A stretch of DNA of 64,000 nucleotides from Candidatus Latescibacterota bacterium (lineage in GTDB: Bacteria > Latescibacterota > UBA2968 > UBA8231). The stretch lies in NCBI GenBank assembly GCA_965200315.1, contig OZ241362.1, positions 3,104,001 to 3,168,000 on the forward strand, in the 5' to 3' direction. Made by a program: the position numbers and the translations under genes. This document shows positions 9,459 to 18,483 of the stretch, piece by piece. Numbering within the stretch: position 1 is the first letter of the stretch; each line of letters begins with the position of its first letter. The notes under the pieces are model-generated. The model saw nothing but the letters and a program-made list of their open reading frames with translations, searched no databases and was not told the DNA's origin.

Positions 9459-9503
9459 ACTGCATGTTCTGACCTCTTCAAAGCCGGTGTGTAACATCAG
9501 TGG

Positions 9504-10361
9504 TTAAGCAAACTCCGCCTTCACGGATTTGGGCAGTGGACAATGGGCACCCGGGTGCTGCACCGCGCTGGCACCGGCGGCGCACGCTAAGTCTAGAGCC
9601 TGTTGCGGGGCCATGCCGAGCAGGGAGCTGGCGGCCAGAACCCCGCTAAAGGCGTCGCCAGCGCCGACCGCATCGACGACGGACACGGGCGCGGGCCGTG
9701 CGGCGCACGAAGCCCCCGGAATGTGGAGCTGAGCACCGTCGCCGCCAAAAGTAATCGCCAAGCAATCCAGCGCGTAGCGGGCGATTAAGTCGTCGGGTGC
9801 AGTGACTGCGGCGATGTGGCGCACGGCCTCCCATTCCTCGTCATTGAGCTTGACCATGGTCGCCGCTTCGAGGCCAAAGAGCACGGTCTGCGGCGTATAG
9901 CAGTCCTTGCGTAGGTTGACGTCGAAAAGCCGATGCCGGGGTTTAGCTGCCAGCAAATGCTCTAGCCCCGGACGATTGGCTAGGCTGCGCTGCGCGGCCG
10001 TGCCATAGTAGATCAGGTCGGGGGACTGGTCTAACGCCGGCTTAGTTTCGATGTAGTCCCAAGCCACGCCGGCGCGGATGGTGTAGGAGGGCTGACCATC
10101 GTCGAGCAATACATCGACCGTGCCCGTAGGCTCGGGCCGATCGGCGACCCATTGCTGATCGATGTCGGCGCGCCGGAGAAAGCCTCGCGCCTGCTGCCCC
10201 AGTTCGTCCCGCCCCACCGCGCTGACCATGGCCACGGGAAAGCCGAGCTGGCGCAGATTCCAAGCGAAATTCAGGGAAGCCCCCCCCAAGCAGGTGCGGT
10301 CGGGGAAGCAGTCGTAGAGGATCTCGCCGAAGACGATGGAAGTGAAGTTCGTTTTATCCAT
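9504..10361 (-). CDS. PfkB family carbohydrate kinase (fructokinase-like)
   Basis: Motifs FGEILYD, GGASLNFA, FDVNLR, KLNDEE and DAVGAGDAF. Confidence 0.9.
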   Translation of the reverse strand: MDKTNFTSIVFGEILYDCFPDRTCLGGASLNFAWNLRQLGFPVAMVSAVGRDELGQQARGFLRRADIDQQWVADRPEPTGTVDVLLDDGQPSYTIRAGVAWDYIETKPALDQSPDLIYYGTAAQRSLANRPGLEHLLAAKPRHRLFDVNLRKDCYTPQTVLFGLEAATMVKLNDEEWEAVRHIAAVTAPDDLIARYALDCLAITFGGDGAQLHIPGASCAARPAPVSVVDAVGAGDAFSGVLAASSLLGMAPQQALDLACAAGASAVQHPGAHCPLPKSVKAEFA

Positions 10362-10368
10362 AGTGTAG

Positions 10369-11361
10369 TTACAACGGCGGAAAGAGCACATAGCCGACGG
10401 CGCTGCGCTCCAACCAGACTTTGCAGAATTCCGCTAGGTCGTACGCCCGTGCGACCTCGTCGTTCGCGGCTGGATCGTTGACCAGCACAGTATCCTCCGC
10501 GCAGCCTCGCACGACGAGCAAGTGCCCAGACGTCCGCGCAATGGCCGCCCGACTCAACTCGCCCACCTCGTAGCGCACGGAGGCAACAATGGGAAAGCCC
10601 GAGTTGAGCAGCGCACGCGCTGCCTCCCAAGAAGGAAAGTGCAATAGATAGCCCAAGAGGCCCCGGCGGGCGGCCGCGTGGATATTGGCCGGCCACACGC
10701 CGTATAGCCCACTGGGCTGGTGGCGCGCCTCCGCAATCACGTCGTAGATGTCCGCGCTACGACCGTAATAGGCGAGGAGCATGGCGACGCTGGTCGGCGA
10801 GCAGACATGGGAAGCTAGCTCGGGCCGCAGAACCATCTGGCTTTGCGGCGGCACAGCGAGGGCCGTATCTCGGCTAGTGAACGTCGGAGCGGGCACTGCG
10901 CCCTTGCGGCGCACCGAAACCGATAGCAAGGCCGGGGCCGTGGGAGAGACGCCTTGGACGCGCAGGTGTAGGGTGGCCGCTTGCAAGGGGCTGCGGATGT
11001 GCAGGAGGTCGATTTCTGCTGAGACCGCTTCGTTTGTCGCACTCACTTCGGCACCGACAAACGAGCCGATCGGGTCGAGGACGGCTCGGCTGCTATGGCC
11101 CGCTTTGGTTGTGCATTCTAGCGCGAACTGATAGCCCCACGCCCCGCGGTGGACGACCGAGAGGCACGGCAGGATTTCTAATGCGCCTTCTAGTGCTGCG
11201 GGTGGTAAGTCAAACGAGAACTCGCCGCCATGCGACTCGACTGAGCTCGCCGAAGTCCATGCCAACGGCCCGATCTGCTTTGGCCAGATGGACAGCGGAA
11301 CGGCGCGTTGCAGCGCGGCCTCGTCCAGCCCTTGGGCAAACAATAGAAGTGCGTTGCTCAT
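10369..11361 (-). CDS. Peptidase C39-like family protein
   Basis: SQM...CSPTSVAM, GHLLVVRG and VNDPA give a Cys-His-Asp triad. Confidence 0.85.
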   Translation of the reverse strand: MSNALLLFAQGLDEAALQRAVPLSIWPKQIGPLAWTSASSVESHGGEFSFDLPPAALEGALEILPCLSVVHRGAWGYQFALECTTKAGHSSRAVLDPIGSFVGAEVSATNEAVSAEIDLLHIRSPLQAATLHLRVQGVSPTAPALLSVSVRRKGAVPAPTFTSRDTALAVPPQSQMVLRPELASHVCSPTSVAMLLAYYGRSADIYDVIAEARHQPSGLYGVWPANIHAAARRGLLGYLLHFPSWEAARALLNSGFPIVASVRYEVGELSRAAIARTSGHLLVVRGCAEDTVLVNDPAANDEVARAYDLAEFCKVWLERSAVGYVLFPPL

Positions 11362-11429
11362 AGGTTCGTTGGGAAGAATCTACCTACACCAGACCAATAA
11401 CTTGTCGTCAATGGGCGCTGAGTCCGGGG

Positions 11430-11470
11430 TCGCGGGCGTTCCGCCTTTGACGCGGGCAAGATGCCCTCGA
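11430..11470. repeat. Degenerate REP doublet (GCGGGCAAGATGCCC type)
   Basis: TCGCGGGCGTTCCGCC...GCGGGCAAGATGCCCTCGA. Confidence 0.45.
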
Positions 11471-11556
11471 TTCTTGGAGGCTGGTGCGGTGTAGTTAGGG
11501 AAAGAATACACTCAATCGCTACTGCGTCCAGCAAGGTTTGCCAACGTGCGAGTCGC

Positions 11557-12537
11557 CTATCCCCAGAGTTGGGGATGGGGCGGATGGAGGAGGCTGTCTT
11601 CGTAACGCAGCCCGTGCTCCCGATCTTTTTTTAGAAGCAAAGGGCCGTCGAGATCGACGAAACGGGCTTGTTGCGCCAGCAGAACCGCCGGTGCCATAGC
11701 CAGCGAGGAGGCGATCATGCAGCCGACCATCAAGTCCAATCCGTACGAGTGCGCCGCGGCTGCCAAGCGCAGGCCCTCGCTGAAGCCACCGGTCTTGTCG
11801 AGCTTGAGATTGACGCATTCGTAGCGGGAGGCCAGTTCCGCGAGATCGGCGGCGGTGTGGCAGGATTCGTCGGCGCAAAAGGGGACTGGGTGTTCAAACT
11901 CGGCGAGCAGGGCGTCTTGGGTGGCGGGTAAAGGCTGTTCGATGAGCGCGACTCCCAAGCGAGCTAGTGCAGCCGAGAGCGGCTCAACTTGAGCGACGGA
12001 CCAGCCTTCGTTGGCATCGACGATCAGGGTCGAAGCTGGGGCATTGGCACGGATTGCGGCGACGCGATCGAGATCGTCGCGACCGGCGAGTTTGACCTTG
12101 AGCAGGGGGCGACCGGCGTTCTGGGCGGCGGCCCGGCCCATGGCCTCTGGGTCGTTGAGCGAGAGGGTGTAGGCCGTCGATATTGGACGTGGTGCCGTTA
12201 ATCCGGCTAGCTCGTAAACCGGACGGCCGCTGAGTTTGGCTTCTAAATCCCACAGGGCGCAGTCTAAGGCGTTGCGGGCAGCGCTGGGGGGCAGGGCGCG
12301 TTGCAATGCCGCTCGGTCGAGGCCGGCTTCTACTTGTGGGCGCAGCGATTCTAGCGCGTCTATGGTTCCGGCCACGCTTTCGTTGTAGCGGGGGTAAGGG
12401 ACGCACTCGCCTCGTCCAACGCGGCCGTCGCGGCTCAGCTCGACGACGACGACATCGGCGGTGGTTTTGCCGCCGCGCGAGATGGTGAAGGTCTGGGCGA
12501 GAGGGAAGCTCTCACTGCGAATGGAGAAGCGAGTCAC
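11557..12537 (-). CDS. dgcA: N-acetyl-D-Glu racemase / dipeptide epimerase (enolase superfamily)
   Basis: Motifs FTISRG, GECVPY, ARNALDCALWDL, KVKL, DANEGW, EQPLP, DES, KLDKTGG and DLDGPLLL. GTG start overlaps the dgcN stop. Confidence 0.9.
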   Translation of the reverse strand: MTRFSIRSESFPLAQTFTISRGGKTTADVVVVELSRDGRVGRGECVPYPRYNESVAGTIDALESLRPQVEAGLDRAALQRALPPSAARNALDCALWDLEAKLSGRPVYELAGLTAPRPISTAYTLSLNDPEAMGRAAAQNAGRPLLKVKLAGRDDLDRVAAIRANAPASTLIVDANEGWSVAQVEPLSAALARLGVALIEQPLPATQDALLAEFEHPVPFCADESCHTAADLAELASRYECVNLKLDKTGGFSEGLRLAAAAHSYGLDLMVGCMIASSLAMAPAVLLAQQARFVDLDGPLLLKKDREHGLRYEDSLLHPPHPQLWG

Positions 12538-13532
12538 AGGGCATCGACCAAGCGCGCGGCTCCTTGGCGCAGCGGATCGACTGCGGGCAGGCCAGCTTGG
12601 CTTTCTATGGTTTTGAGGAGTTCGGAGGCGCAGTCTTGCGGCAAGTGCGAGGTATTGACTGCAATGCCAACGGTGCGGCAGGCTGGGTTGGTGAGCCGGC
12701 CGCACTGCTCGTTGAGGCGAATGCAGTCGAGCAGATCGGGCAGTTGGTATTCGGGCAGGCCGCGCATATGGGGGCGGTTGGGATCGTGGCAGAGGACGAG
12801 CGCGTCGGGCTGGGCACCGTGCATGAGGCCCAGCGACACGCCGGCATAGGAGGCGTGGAATAGCGAACCTTGACCCTCGACTAGGTCCCAGTGCTCGGGG
12901 TGGTTGGCTGGGGTCAGAACCTCGACGGAGCCAGCGAGGAAATCGGAAACCACGGCGTCAACGGCAACGCCCGTCCCAGCGATGAAGATGCCGGTTTGGC
13001 CGGTGGCGCGGAAGGTGCAGGCCATGCCTCGCGCCTGCATCTCGCGCTCAATGGCCAGCGCGGTAAACATCTTGCCGACCGAACAGTCGGTGCCGACGGT
13101 GAGTAGGCGTTTACCCGGGCGTTTGACGCCGGTTGCAATGGGAAAAGCGCGGTCGGAAAAGCGCGCATCTACGAGGCGAGTGCCCTTTGTGCGGGCGCGG
13201 TCGGCCAAGCCGGGGATGGTGCCAAGGCGCGTGTGCAGGCCACTGGCGAGATCGCAGCCGAGGTCGATGGCCTGCAAGAAGGTCTCGCGCCAGAGGTCGG
13301 AGATGGTGCCGCCGCGATTGGCGACGCCGATGATGAGGGTGCGGGCCCCGGCGGTACGCGCTTCGGCGAGGGTTTGGTCGGGCAGTCCGAGGTCGGCGTG
13401 GCAGTCGGGAAGACGGAGCTGACCAATGCAGCGTTCGGGCCGCCAGTGGGCGACGCCAACAGCCGTTTTGGCAGCTAGCTGGTCGGCGGCGTCGCCGAGG
13501 AACAATAGGTATGGGTGCGCGAGCTGGATCAC
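12534..13532 (-). CDS. dgcN: D-glutamate N-acetyltransferase DgcN (DUF1611)
   Basis: Motifs PYLLFLGD, AAKTA, VGTDCSVGKM, ATGQTG and VEGQGSLFH. Confidence 0.9.
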   Translation of the reverse strand: MIQLAHPYLLFLGDAADQLAAKTAVGVAHWRPERCIGQLRLPDCHADLGLPDQTLAEARTAGARTLIIGVANRGGTISDLWRETFLQAIDLGCDLASGLHTRLGTIPGLADRARTKGTRLVDARFSDRAFPIATGVKRPGKRLLTVGTDCSVGKMFTALAIEREMQARGMACTFRATGQTGIFIAGTGVAVDAVVSDFLAGSVEVLTPANHPEHWDLVEGQGSLFHASYAGVSLGLMHGAQPDALVLCHDPNRPHMRGLPEYQLPDLLDCIRLNEQCGRLTNPACRTVGIAVNTSHLPQDCASELLKTIESQAGLPAVDPLRQGAARLVDAL

Positions 13533-14383
13533 GGCCAGCAAAGAGGCATGTCGAGGCGGCGACGGCGCTGCTGCCAGTGCCACTTGTCGCTGCCGGCAAT
13601 GAGCGGCTTGAGGGGTTCGGGCGTTTGGGCGATGAATGCAGCGCTCGGCTCTTGGCCGTTCCAAGCTTGGAACATCGGCGGAGTATAGCCGCCGATGACG
13701 ATGACGCGCTCGCGGTCGGAGCGGATCTGGCCGGTGGCGTGGATCAGGGCCTCGCCAAAGAGCAGGGTTGATCCGGCGGGCGCGACCACTTGGTGGATCA
13801 GCGTGGGGTTCTCGTAGGCCGCCGCGATGATGGTCTCGCGATCGCATTTGACCTTGTGGCTACCGGCGATGACCACGGTGCCGCCGTCGTCTGGGCCTAG
13901 CTCCGTGAGGTTGGTCAGGGTCTTGACAAAAGTGCAGTGGTAGAGGCCGTTTTCGACGTACGTGCCCACGTCAGGGGTGGTGCCGGTGTGGAAGCCGTAG
14001 TGAGGTGAGACATCTGGATCGCGTTCGTTGACGACGGCCTCGGATTCTTCGAGGCGCACGCTGCCACCAACGAGCTCCTCGGCCATGCCGACTAAGCGCG
14101 GATGAGTTAGGTATTTGAAGATCGCGGGATCGGCTTCAAGGATGTGGGCAAAGTGCAGATAGTGAGGCCGATAGGTGGAGAGGCGGCAGTGGCGGACGCG
14201 GGCCTTAGCCGGGTCTGTGGCAGACAGGAGATCGCGTTTGAGCCGGAGCATGGCTTCTAGCAGGCGGTCTGTCAGGTCTTGCTCGATCGCGTTTTCAACC
14301 ACCACATAGCCATAGACTTCGAGGTGATAGCGCTGGGCGGGGGTGAGCGCGGGAAAGGGCCGGATGAATTCGCCGTCGGACAT
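13529..14383 (-). CDS. PhyH-family Fe(II)/2-oxoglutarate enzyme with H-T-G in place of H-x-D
   Basis: Motifs YGYVVVEN, GFHTG, DGGTVVIAGSHK, AGSTLLFGEALIH and R..R. Confidence 0.85.
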   Translation of the reverse strand: MSDGEFIRPFPALTPAQRYHLEVYGYVVVENAIEQDLTDRLLEAMLRLKRDLLSATDPAKARVRHCRLSTYRPHYLHFAHILEADPAIFKYLTHPRLVGMAEELVGGSVRLEESEAVVNERDPDVSPHYGFHTGTTPDVGTYVENGLYHCTFVKTLTNLTELGPDDGGTVVIAGSHKVKCDRETIIAAAYENPTLIHQVVAPAGSTLLFGEALIHATGQIRSDRERVIVIGGYTPPMFQAWNGQEPSAAFIAQTPEPLKPLIAGSDKWHWQQRRRRLDMPLCWP

Positions 14384-14686
14384 GCGCGGAAATATAAGCG
14401 CGGGAAAAGGGAATGCCAACGGGGAAGCAAATGCGCTATTATTGCAGCCAAAAAAGCGGCCCGAACCGCAGCAAATCGCCGTCGGCATCTCGGCGCGTCT
14501 GAGCGAAAATTTAGCGTTGCATTAAAGTACTCCTTTTTGCACCTTTAGATGTACATACAAGTACGTGTCTTTTTTTGATTTCGCAAAAATAGCGTATTAT
14601 TAATAAGTTATCTGTCGGAAAATTCCACACTCCCGCGGATTCGCGAAAATATGCTACAATTATGAATTTTCCAGACCGCGCTAAAC

Positions 14687-14717
14687 GTACTTAATTTAGT
14701 ACCATATACAGTACAAT
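14687..14717 (+). promoter_or_regulatory. Probable Phd/YefM autoregulatory operator overlapping the -10 box
   Basis: GTAC cores at 14687, 14699 and 14711 (12-bp period), TACAAT at 14712, then GAGG before the ATG at 14728. Confidence 0.55.
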
Positions 14718-14727
14718 ATGAGGAAAT

Positions 14728-14985
14728 ATGCTTCAATCCATGCCCATCGCCGAAGTCCGCAAAGTCCTGAATCAATTGCCCGATCGCTTCGCCGCTGAAC
14801 CCGAGGCGAGTGCCCTCGCCGTAACGCGCCGCGGTCATCCGGTGCTGGCGCTGATGCCGTGGTCGCTTTACCAAGGCATTGTCGAAACCTTGGAGGTGCT
14901 CGGCGACGAAGCTCAGTGCGTCGCGCTGCGCGAAGGCATCCGCCAGATTGAGGCAGGCGAGCGCGCCGTTTGGGAAGCGCAATGA
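14728..14985 (+). CDS. Phd/YefM family antitoxin
   Basis: Motifs IAEVRKVL, AVTRRGHPVLALM and YQGIVETLEVL. Confidence 0.88.
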   Translation: MLQSMPIAEVRKVLNQLPDRFAAEPEASALAVTRRGHPVLALMPWSLYQGIVETLEVLGDEAQCVALREGIRQIEAGERAVWEAQ

Positions 14986-15299
14986 CTTTCCGCGTCGTTT
15001 TAGCGCCGTGCGCTTTAGAGTCGCTGCAAGGCGTGCTCAACCGCAGGATCGCCGAACAAGTGGACCAATACATCACAGGGCTAGCAATCGATCCAGAGGA
15101 CCAAGGCTGGCCCTTGGTCGGCGAGTTAAAGGGCTACCGCTGCCTGCGTCCGCCGGGCGGCTGGTTCCGCATTGTCTATCGGGTGGTGCTCGGGGAGGTC
15201 GAGGTGGTGTTGGTGTCGGTAGGGCAGACCCATTTGGCTGGTGGGCGGGACGTGCGCACTCTAGCACGGACGCTGTTTAGCGAGCGACTGCTGAGCTAA
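14982..15299 (+). CDS. RelE/ParE family toxin
   Basis: ATGA overlap with the antitoxin. Motif GWPLVGELKGYRCLR...FRIVYRV. Confidence 0.88.
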   Translation: MTFRVVLAPCALESLQGVLNRRIAEQVDQYITGLAIDPEDQGWPLVGELKGYRCLRPPGGWFRIVYRVVLGEVEVVLVSVGQTHLAGGRDVRTLARTLFSERLLS

Positions 15300-15374
15300 G
15301 CAACCACCCCTAATAAGTTTCAAAAATTCGATTGAAGAGTGGAACGGGAATATGACCTCTGCTTACCTTATGAA

Positions 15375-15492
15375 TTAGTGGTTAGTGGCCGGTGGTTAGG
15401 TCTCGCCTGCTGTCTGGCCTAAAGGCGCGGTAAAGCCCCACGCCGCTGGGCAGAGGGGGAACTGATCACTGGTCACAGATCACTGACCACTG
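15375..15492. repeat. Inverted heptamer arrays forming a long hairpin
   Basis: TAGTGGT/TAGTGGC/CGGTGGT face ACTGATC/ACTGGTC/ACAGATC/ACTGACC, with a pairing interior. Confidence 0.6.
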
Positions 15493-15508
15493 TTTTACCT
15501 AATACGAC

Positions 15509-16069
15509 ATGTCGCGTCGCATCTCAAAGCCTATTTCCCCGTCTGGACTGCGGTCCTTCTTCCAACGTTTGGTATTTCCTGGGTTCACTTCACTGGGCAT
15601 TGCCGACCGCGAAGTGGTCGAGTACGTAGTCGATCTGCTGACGAGCTTTGCGCGCGCCGATCAGCTCTACCGCATCCGCGATCTGCGCGGCCAGCCGCTC
15701 GAAACCATCGCCGAGATGCTGGTGGAACTCGGGCGGCAGCGGCAGCCAGAGCGGCGTTGGTCCTTCGACCGCGAGATGGATATCCGCCGGCACGTAGGCG
15801 ACTACGCGCTTTTTACCAGCGGGCTTTTTCGCACGTGGGTCGAGCGGCAGGGGCTTGGCGGCTACTACTTAGAGCAGGGCAGAAGGGCTTATGGAGCGGC
15901 CGCCGAACTAGCGCAGCTCGGCTTTGTGTCGCAAGCTCGGCTCTTCGGGGCCCTAGAGGAGCAATTCGAGCATTTGTCCGGAGGGCTCGACTACGTGCGC
16001 AAGGTCTATATGCGGCCCGAACTACACGGTGGCTCGCACGGGGCGCTGATGCGCGAGCTAGGGATTTAA
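15509..16069 (+). CDS. Conserved hypothetical helical protein
   Basis: Long ORF with YVVDLLTSF, RHVGDYALFTSGLF and YLEQGRRAY motifs that I recall from an uncharacterised family. Confidence 0.8.
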   Translation: MSRRISKPISPSGLRSFFQRLVFPGFTSLGIADREVVEYVVDLLTSFARADQLYRIRDLRGQPLETIAEMLVELGRQRQPERRWSFDREMDIRRHVGDYALFTSGLFRTWVERQGLGGYYLEQGRRAYGAAAELAQLGFVSQARLFGALEEQFEHLSGGLDYVRKVYMRPELHGGSHGALMRELGI

Positions 16070-18408
16070 TAGCTCAGGCCGATGCTGCGGACCAAGGTGC
16101 GGGTGGCGGAATCGCCCACGATCTGCAGGCGAAAGAGGTAGAGGCCGGGCCGGGCCATCGCGCCGGAGTCGCCGCGGCCGTCCCAAGTTAGCTGGTAGTG
16201 GCCGGCCACGCCAGCGGCGTCGCGCAGTGTGCGGACTAGCCTGCCGCGCAGGTCATAGACGCGGGCTTCGATGGGCCGGGCTTCGATGACCTTGAGCACG
16301 TCGAAAGAGATGGCGAGCGCGTCGTTGACGCCGTCGCCGTTGGGAGTAAAAATCCCCGCGCCCATGTCGAGGCGCGTGAATAAGCTGCCGTCCACGGGTA
16401 GCGAGACCGCGTCGCCCGCTCCCTCTAAATCGGGAATTGCATCGCCTGGATCGACCTGCTGACGCAGCGTGTCAAGCCCGCTTTCGCGCTCTAGAAAGGC
16501 GCGGAAGCGGGTATTGTTTTGGAATACAGTAGCGGCAAAATCCAGCTCGACGCGCTCGGCGGCTGCGATGCGCTCGGGCAAGTGCAAGCGGAGGCCCGCA
16601 TCCGTCGTTTCCACCTCGGCGTTGATTGCCGTGCCGTCGATTTGCAGGGCGCGAAACGCGAGGGGCACCGAGGCTTCGAGGGCGATAGCTTCAAAGCCTT
16701 GGCTGTCGCGGGCGAATTCTGGGCGGAGAAAGTACGTGAAGTCGGTTTGTTCGCCCGGCGCAACGAGTGCGGGGTGAACCTCACCGACCGCGGTGCGAGC
16801 CAAAGGACGGGAGTAGATCAAGCTCAGCGCGTCGAGGGCAATGCCGGCCTGCGGGTCATCGGTGCGCAGCTCGGCTTCGAGTTGGACGTAGCGCCGGGGC
16901 GAAGGCGAGCGGAAACGGGTGCCCGTGCGGAGGTATTCCTCGCTCCACACGCTCCAGCCATCGCCGGGTTGGAGCGTGGTTTCGATGGGGCCGCGAAACG
17001 AGGCGATCAGCTTTTCGTAGCGCCTTTTGGTAACCTCTTTGCCGTTTTTGTCGAAGTAGCGCATCTCCTCGACGACGTGGTCGCCGGTGCGGCTGCGCAA
17101 GGAGAATAAGGCTCCGAATGGTGAGTCAATTTCCCACTCAATTGCCGTTATGTTCCAATTGGAGCCGAGGTCGATAACAGGCGAGCGCAGGATGACGCGG
17201 GCCGGGTACCCCTCGCCGTACACTTGGAACTCGCTGACTAGGCCCAGCCCGTCCAAGCGACCGGTGTTGGCGAGATCGCTGCCCGACAGGCCGCCGCCGA
17301 TGATGTTGCCGCCTTGGCTAGTGGGATAGATCAAACGCAGGTAGCGGACGGCGATTAGGGGGACATCGTGGCGAAAATTGCGCACATTGAAGAGATTGCG
17401 GGGGGCAAGGGGAATAGAGGCCAACGCCTGCCAAGATAGTGAGCCGTCGGGTGCCAGCGAGCCGTCGGAGTACTGTATCTTATAGGAGAGGAAGTTGGCG
17501 TAGTAATGCCGCACCCGCGGCGGAATACCCAATGGCTCGCCCAAGAGCCAGACCGAATCGATCCAGTAGGTAGCTCCTAGATCAATGCGGTAATCGCCGA
17601 AGGTCTCGCTGTCGCCACTGGAGCCTTTGGCGAGGGGGTTGACGCGCCACATGGTCGAGAGATCGCCATCGAACATGACCGAAGGAACGCCGGCCACGGC
17701 GACGACGGCAGCCTCGACATCGACGGTGCCGCCTTTGGCAATCAGGTCAAAGGCGATATTGTCGCCAAATGCCATGATGTGGATTTCGGCGAGCGCGGAC
17801 TCACCAGTCATTTCGCGGGTGGCCTCGATGCGGAGAACTTGGACGAGCTCGTCGTCGAGGTCAATCGTCACGTCGCGTTCCTCGTTGAAGGCAAAGCGCT
17901 CACTGTGGCTGTAGAGTAGGGTGCCTTCGACCACGACGTTGGTGCTGTTGATAAAGCGCTCGCCCTTGGAGAGTAAGAGGTTGAAAAAGGGCAAAGGGGG
18001 TGCGCTGTCGGCAAAGCGCAGGCGAATCTGTTGGACGGGGAACACCTGTCCCAAGTCAATCTCGAGCCACCAGTCCGCTGGGGAGGTGCCCGGCGGTGGA
18101 CTCCAGCTAGTGGCGAGGTCGCCGTCAAAGGCGCGGGCAGCCGTAGATTGTGCCGCTCCGGCCCCGCGGACCGTAGCCTCAGAGAGCGGGTCAATGTCTT
18201 TGCCGACCCGCACCGGCCGCAACGAGCCGGCTTCGTCTAGGCGTAGGCTGCCGGGGGGATAGACCCAGTTTTCCCCTATATCCGCCGCAGTCATAACTAG
18301 GCGCTCGGCGCGAATGGAACTGCTACATGGCACCAGCAGGCACAGTGCTAAAGGCAAGAGGCGGAATGGCGGCACGGGCGATAGGTTGTTTTTTAAGGAG
18401 AAAAGCAC
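16066..18408 (-). CDS. Secreted protein: discoidin-like domains, WSxWS domain and C-terminal FlgD-Ig (sorting-like) domain
   Basis: Signal peptide; FDGDLATSW / WWLEIDLG and FDGDLSTMW / RIDLG; SRTG...WSVWS...SPSPRRYVQ; FTPNGDG...VYDLRG...WDGR...GLY; ends GLSY. Confidence 0.85.
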   Translation of the reverse strand: MLFSLKNNLSPVPPFRLLPLALCLLVPCSSSIRAERLVMTAADIGENWVYPPGSLRLDEAGSLRPVRVGKDIDPLSEATVRGAGAAQSTAARAFDGDLATSWSPPPGTSPADWWLEIDLGQVFPVQQIRLRFADSAPPLPFFNLLLSKGERFINSTNVVVEGTLLYSHSERFAFNEERDVTIDLDDELVQVLRIEATREMTGESALAEIHIMAFGDNIAFDLIAKGGTVDVEAAVVAVAGVPSVMFDGDLSTMWRVNPLAKGSSGDSETFGDYRIDLGATYWIDSVWLLGEPLGIPPRVRHYYANFLSYKIQYSDGSLAPDGSLSWQALASIPLAPRNLFNVRNFRHDVPLIAVRYLRLIYPTSQGGNIIGGGLSGSDLANTGRLDGLGLVSEFQVYGEGYPARVILRSPVIDLGSNWNITAIEWEIDSPFGALFSLRSRTGDHVVEEMRYFDKNGKEVTKRRYEKLIASFRGPIETTLQPGDGWSVWSEEYLRTGTRFRSPSPRRYVQLEAELRTDDPQAGIALDALSLIYSRPLARTAVGEVHPALVAPGEQTDFTYFLRPEFARDSQGFEAIALEASVPLAFRALQIDGTAINAEVETTDAGLRLHLPERIAAAERVELDFAATVFQNNTRFRAFLERESGLDTLRQQVDPGDAIPDLEGAGDAVSLPVDGSLFTRLDMGAGIFTPNGDGVNDALAISFDVLKVIEARPIEARVYDLRGRLVRTLRDAAGVAGHYQLTWDGRGDSGAMARPGLYLFRLQIVGDSATRTLVRSIGLSY

Positions 18409-18483
18409 GGCTCAAGCGTCGGATATAAGATATATTGGATTAAGGGCTGGTGCATCCTATAAGCGAAAATGGATCGGTACGAG

